Part shown: piece by piece, positions 59,193 to 64,000 of the stretch
Position numbering within the stretch: position 1 is the first letter of the stretch
Layout: every line of letters begins with the position of its first letter
Source of the DNA: Eledone cirrhosa
Taxonomy: Eukaryota
Reading direction: 5' to 3'
DNA length: 64,000 nucleotides
Assembly (NCBI GenBank): GCA_964016885.1
Contig: OZ024746.1
Coordinates: 71,424,001-71,488,000 of the forward strand
Notes under the pieces: model-generated
Database searches by the model: none
What the model was told of the DNA's origin: nothing
The model's input: the letters and a program-made list of their open reading frames with translations, nothing else
Program-made: the position numbers and the translations under genes

Positions 59193-59235
59193 GTAGTCCT
59201 GATGATTTCTAACGAGAATGAAACGCGTAGATTAC
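59193..59235 (+). ncRNA. Type I hammerhead ribozyme (first of 12 plus-strand copies, repeated every 310 bp)
   Basis: Stem I GTAGTC/GATTAC; core CTGATGA (59199-59205); stem II TTCT-AACG-AGAA; GAAA (59220-59223); palindromic stem III ACGCGT; predicted cleavage after GUA at 59229. Confidence 0.88.
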
Positions 59236-62200
59236 TTCCCTTGCTTTTATCGAGAATCTAATTGTAATACGTGACGTATTCTATTCTATAGCGATTAGGT
59301 CTTCAAAATGTTTATTATAAACATACAGAATATTTTCGAATATTCTATGTCTATATTCACATATATATCGCTATTTCAGAGCATTTATTCCAATTTCTAA
59401 TTTCTGCCGGACCGGCAACCGCTCTTTCAAACCAGTTCCTGTACACAGCTAAGTATTCTATAAGTCTCTAGCTGTGTCATTCTCGATAAAAGCACTGGAT
59501 ATGTAGTCCTGATGATTTCTAACGAGAATGAAACGCGTAGATTACTTCCCTTGCTTTTATCGAGAATCTAATTGTAATACGTGACGTATTCTATTCTATA
59601 GCGATTAGGTCTTCAAAATGTTTATTATAAACATACAGAATATTTTCGAATATTCTATGTCTATATTCACATATATATCGCTATTTCAGAGCATTTATTC
59701 CAATTTCTAATTTCTGCCGGACCGGCAACCGCTCTTTCAAACCAGTTCCTGTACACAGCTAAGTATTCTATAAGTCTCTAGCTGTGTCATTCTCGATAAA
59801 AGCACTGGATATGTAGTCCTGATGATTTCTAACGAGAATGAAACGCGTAGATTACTTCCCTTGCTTTTATCGAGAATCTAATTGTAATACGTGACGTATT
59901 CTATTCTATAGCGATTAGGTCTTCAAAATGTTTATTATAAACATACAGAATATTTTCGAATATTCTATGTCTATATTCACATATATATCGCTATTTCAGA
60001 GCATTTATTCCAATTTCTAATTTCTGCCGGACCGGCAACCGCTCTTTCAAACCAGTTCCTGTACACAGCTAAGTATTCTATAAGTCTCTAGCTGTGTCAT
60101 TCTCGATAAAAGCACTGGATATGTAGTCCTGATGATTTCTAACGAGAATGAAACGCGTAGATTACTTCCCTTGCTTTTATCGAGAATCTAATTGTAATAC
60201 GTGACGTATTCTATTCTATAGCGATTAGGTCTTCAAAATGTTTATTATAAACATACAGAATATTTTCGAATATTCTATGTCTATATTCACATATATATCG
60301 CTATTTCAGAGCATTTATTCCAATTTCTAATTTCTGCCGGACCGGCAACCGCTCTTTCAAACCAGTTCCTGTACACAGCTAAGTATTCTATAAGTCTCTA
60401 GCTGTGTCATTCTCGATAAAAGCACTGGATATGTAGTCCTGATGATTTCTAACGAGAATGAAACGCGTAGATTACTTCCCTTGCTTTTATCGAGAATCTA
60501 ATTGTAATACGTGACGTATTCTATTCTATAGCGATTAGGTCTTCAAAATGTTTATTATAAACATACAGAATATTTTCGAATATTCTATGTCTATATTCAC
60601 ATATATATCGCTATTTCAGAGCATTTATTCCAATTTCTAATTTCTGCCGGACCGGCAACCGCTCTTTCAAACCAGTTCCTGTACACAGCTAAGTATTCTA
60701 TAAGTCTCTAGCTGTGTCATTCTCGATAAAAGCACTGGATATGTAGTCCTGATGATTTCTAACGAGAATGAAACGCGTAGATTACTTCCCTTGCTTTTAT
60801 CGAGAATCTAATTGTAATACGTGACGTATTCTATTCTATAGCGATTAGGTCTTCAAAATGTTTATTATAAACATACAGAATATTTTCGAATATTCTATGT
60901 CTATATTCACATATATATCGCTATTTCAGAGCATTTATTCCAATTTCTAATTTCTGCCGGACCGGCAACCGCTCTTTCAAACCAGTTCCTGTACACAGCT
61001 AAGTATTCTATAAGTCTCTAGCTGTGTCATTCTCGATAAAAGCACTGGATATGTAGTCCTGATGATTTCTAACGAGAATGAAACGCGTAGATTACTTCCC
61101 TTGCTTTTATCGAGAATCTAATTGTAATACGTGACGTATTCTATTCTATAGCGATTAGGTCTTCAAAATGTTTATTATAAACATACAGAATATTTTCGAA
61201 TATTCTATGTCTATATTCACATATATATCGCTATTTCAGAGCATTTATTCCAATTTCTAATTTCTGCCGGACCGGCAACCGCTCTTTCAAACCAGTTCCT
61301 GTACACAGCTAAGTATTCTATAAGTCTCTAGCTGTGTCATTCTCGATAAAAGCACTGGATATGTAGTCCTGATGATTTCTAACGAGAATGAAACGCGTAG
61401 ATTACTTCCCTTGCTTTTATCGAGAATCTAATTGTAATACGTGACGTATTCTATTCTATAGCGATTAGGTCTTCAAAATGTTTATTATAAACATACAGAA
61501 TATTTTCGAATATTCTATGTCTATATTCACATATATATCGCTATTTCAGAGCATTTATTCCAATTTCTAATTTCTGCCGGACCGGCAACCGCTCTTTCAA
61601 ACCAGTTCCTGTACACAGCTAAGTATTCTATAAGTCTCTAGCTGTGTCATTCTCGATAAAAGCACTGGATATGTAGTCCTGATGATTTCTAACGAGAATG
61701 AAACGCGTAGATTACTTCCCTTGCTTTTATCGAGAATCTAATTGTAATACGTGACGTATTCTATTCTATAGCGATTAGGTCTTCAAAATGTTTATTATAA
61801 ACATACAGAATATTTTCGAATATTCTATGTCTATATTCACATATATATCGCTATTTCAGAGCATTTATTCCAATTTCTAATTTCTGCCGGACCGGCAACC
61901 GCTCTTTCAAACCAGTTCCTGTACACAGCTAAGTATTCTATAAGTCTCTAGCTGTGTCATTCTCGATAAAAGCACTGGATATGTAGTCCTGATGATTTCT
62001 AACGAGAATGAAACGCGTAGATTACTTCCCTTGCTTTTATCGAGAATCTAATTGTAATACGTGACGTATTCTATTCTATAGCGATTAGGTCTTCAAAATG
62101 TTTATTATAAACATACAGAATATTTTCGAATATTCTATGTCTATATTCACATATATATCGCTATTTCAGAGCATTTATTCCAATTTCTAATTTCTGCCGG

Positions 62201-62797
62201 ACCGGCAACCGCTCTTTCAAACCAGTTCCTGTACACAGCTAAGTATTCTATAAGTCTCTAGCTGTGTCATTCTCGATAAAAGCACTGGATATGTAGTCCT
62301 GATGATTTCTAACGAGAATGAAACGCGTAGATTACTTCCCTTGCTTTTATCGAGAATCTAATTGTAATACGTGACGTATTCTATTCTATAGCGATTAGGT
62401 CTTCAAAATGTTTATTATAAACATACAGAATATTTTCGAATATTCTATGTCTATATTCACATATATATCGCTATTTCAGAGCATTTATTCCAATTTCTAA
62501 TTTCTGCCGGACCGGCAACCGCTCTTTCAAACCAGTTCCTGTACACAGCTAAGTATTCTATAAGTCTCTAGCTGTGTCATTCTCGATAAAAGCACTGGAT
62601 ATGTAGTCCTGATGATTTCTAACGAGAATGAAACGCGTAGATTACTTCCCTTGCTTTTATCGAGAATCTAATTGTAATACGTGACGTATTCTATTCTATA
62701 GCGATTAGGTCTTCAAAATGTTTATTATAAACATACAGAATATTTTCGAATATTCTATGTCTATATTCACATATATATATATATATATATGCATATG

Positions 62798-62854
<57 letters not shown>

Positions 62855-62855
<1 letters not shown>

Positions 62856-63045
62856 AGAACAAAGAGGGTGTGGTAAGAAACCAGATGGACCATAACGTAC
62901 CAGAGGCCTCGATATTTAGGGTAGTAGAGTGGGTAATAGGAAAAGAGTCAGGACCCCGACGGCTGAGCTCCAGCCGTTTCGACAGCTAGATCCGACCTGT
63001 CGATCGAAACGGCCGGAGCTCAGCCGTCGGGGTCCTGACTCTTTT

Positions 63046-63048
<3 letters not shown>
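62855..63048. mobile_element. Same family (diverged), foldback copy
   Basis: GACCCCGACGGCTGAGCTCCAGCCGTTTCG and its inverse; TA flanks. Confidence 0.75.
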
Positions 63049-63096
<48 letters not shown>

Positions 63097-63097
63097 A

Positions 63098-63162
<65 letters not shown>

Positions 63163-63274
63163 ACATATATATATATATATATACACGTTAGTATACAGAC
63201 ATGTGGATGCACAAATGTATGTATTGACAGTTGAAGTGAAGAGTGAGATGAAGAAACCGACTATTACCAGAAAC

Positions 63275-64000
63275 CCCACCACCACCTCCACCACCTCCAC
63301 CACCACCACCACCACCATCACCACCACCACCACCACCACCACCACCTCCACCACCACCACCACCACCACCACCATCACCACCACCACCACCACCACCACC
63401 ACCTCCACCACCACCACCACCACCACCACCACCATCACCACCACCACCACCACCACCACCACCTCCACCACCACCACCACCACCACCACCATCACCACCA
63501 CCACCACCACCACCACCACCTCCACCACCACCACCACCACCACCACCATCACCACCACCACCACCACCACCACCACCTCCACCACCACCACCACCACCAC
63601 CACCATCACCACCACCACCACCACCACCACCACCTCCACCACCACCACCACCACCACCACCATCACCACCACCACCACCACCACCACCACCTCCACCACC
63701 ACCACCACCACCACCACCATCACCACCACCACCACCATCACCATCACCACCACCACCACCACCATCACCTCCACCACCACCAGCACAAGCACCAGCAGCA
63801 GCACCACCACCACTAACACTATCACCACCATTAACACCCCCACCACCATCACCACCACCACCACCACCAACACCACCTCCACCACCACCAGCACAAGCAC
63901 CAGCAGCAGCACCACCACCACTAACACTACCACCACCATTAACACCACCACCACCATCACCACCACCACCACCACCAACACCACCACCACCACCACCACC
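63275..64000. repeat. (CAC)n tract with a ~57-bp periodic variant pattern
   Basis: Alternating ATC and TCC variants. Confidence 0.9.

Larger units (their letters stand above)
57252..62778. mobile_element. Tandem array of 310-bp hammerhead-containing units (non-LTR retrozyme-like); left arm ~6.2 units in minus sense (57252-59179), right arm ~11.6 units in plus sense (59180-62778)
   Basis: GGAATAAATG recurs at 57561, 57871, 58181, 58491, 58801 and 59111. AGCACTGGAT recurs every 310 bp from 59181 to 62591. The right arm is the reverse complement of the left. Flanked by TA-rich tracts; no ORF. Confidence 0.9.

Overview
Repeat-saturated, AT-rich metazoan genomic DNA. Dense (TA)n/(CA)n/(CT)n microsatellites plus Meta-domain and CORE-type tRNA-derived SINEs suggest an octopus-like cephalopod (inference). 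Almost all ORFs in the supplied track are simple-repeat artefacts. Real content: decayed Penelope-like elements (PLEs, GIY-YIG and RT fragments), an RLE-type LINE remnant, a CR1/L2-type RT remnant, many SINEs, MITEs, large minisatellites, a probable host first exon with promoter (~50.25-50.62 kb, minus strand) and a CTCF-like regulatory island (~17.3-17.6 kb). The main discovery is a set of hammerhead-ribozyme (HHR) retroelements inserted in (TA)n tracts. The clearest is a 5.5-kb array (57252-62778) of ~18 apparently identical, highly structured 310-bp units, each with a type I HHR that has a palindromic stem III. It looks like a retrozyme/circular-RNA-type element and is arranged as two divergent inverted arms. 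At least four other HHR-like families occur, including a U3-A8 compensatory core variant, and many insertions share the same divergent two-arm architecture with both 3' ends fused to TA repeats. All ribozyme calls come from manual base-pairing; none was computed or tested.
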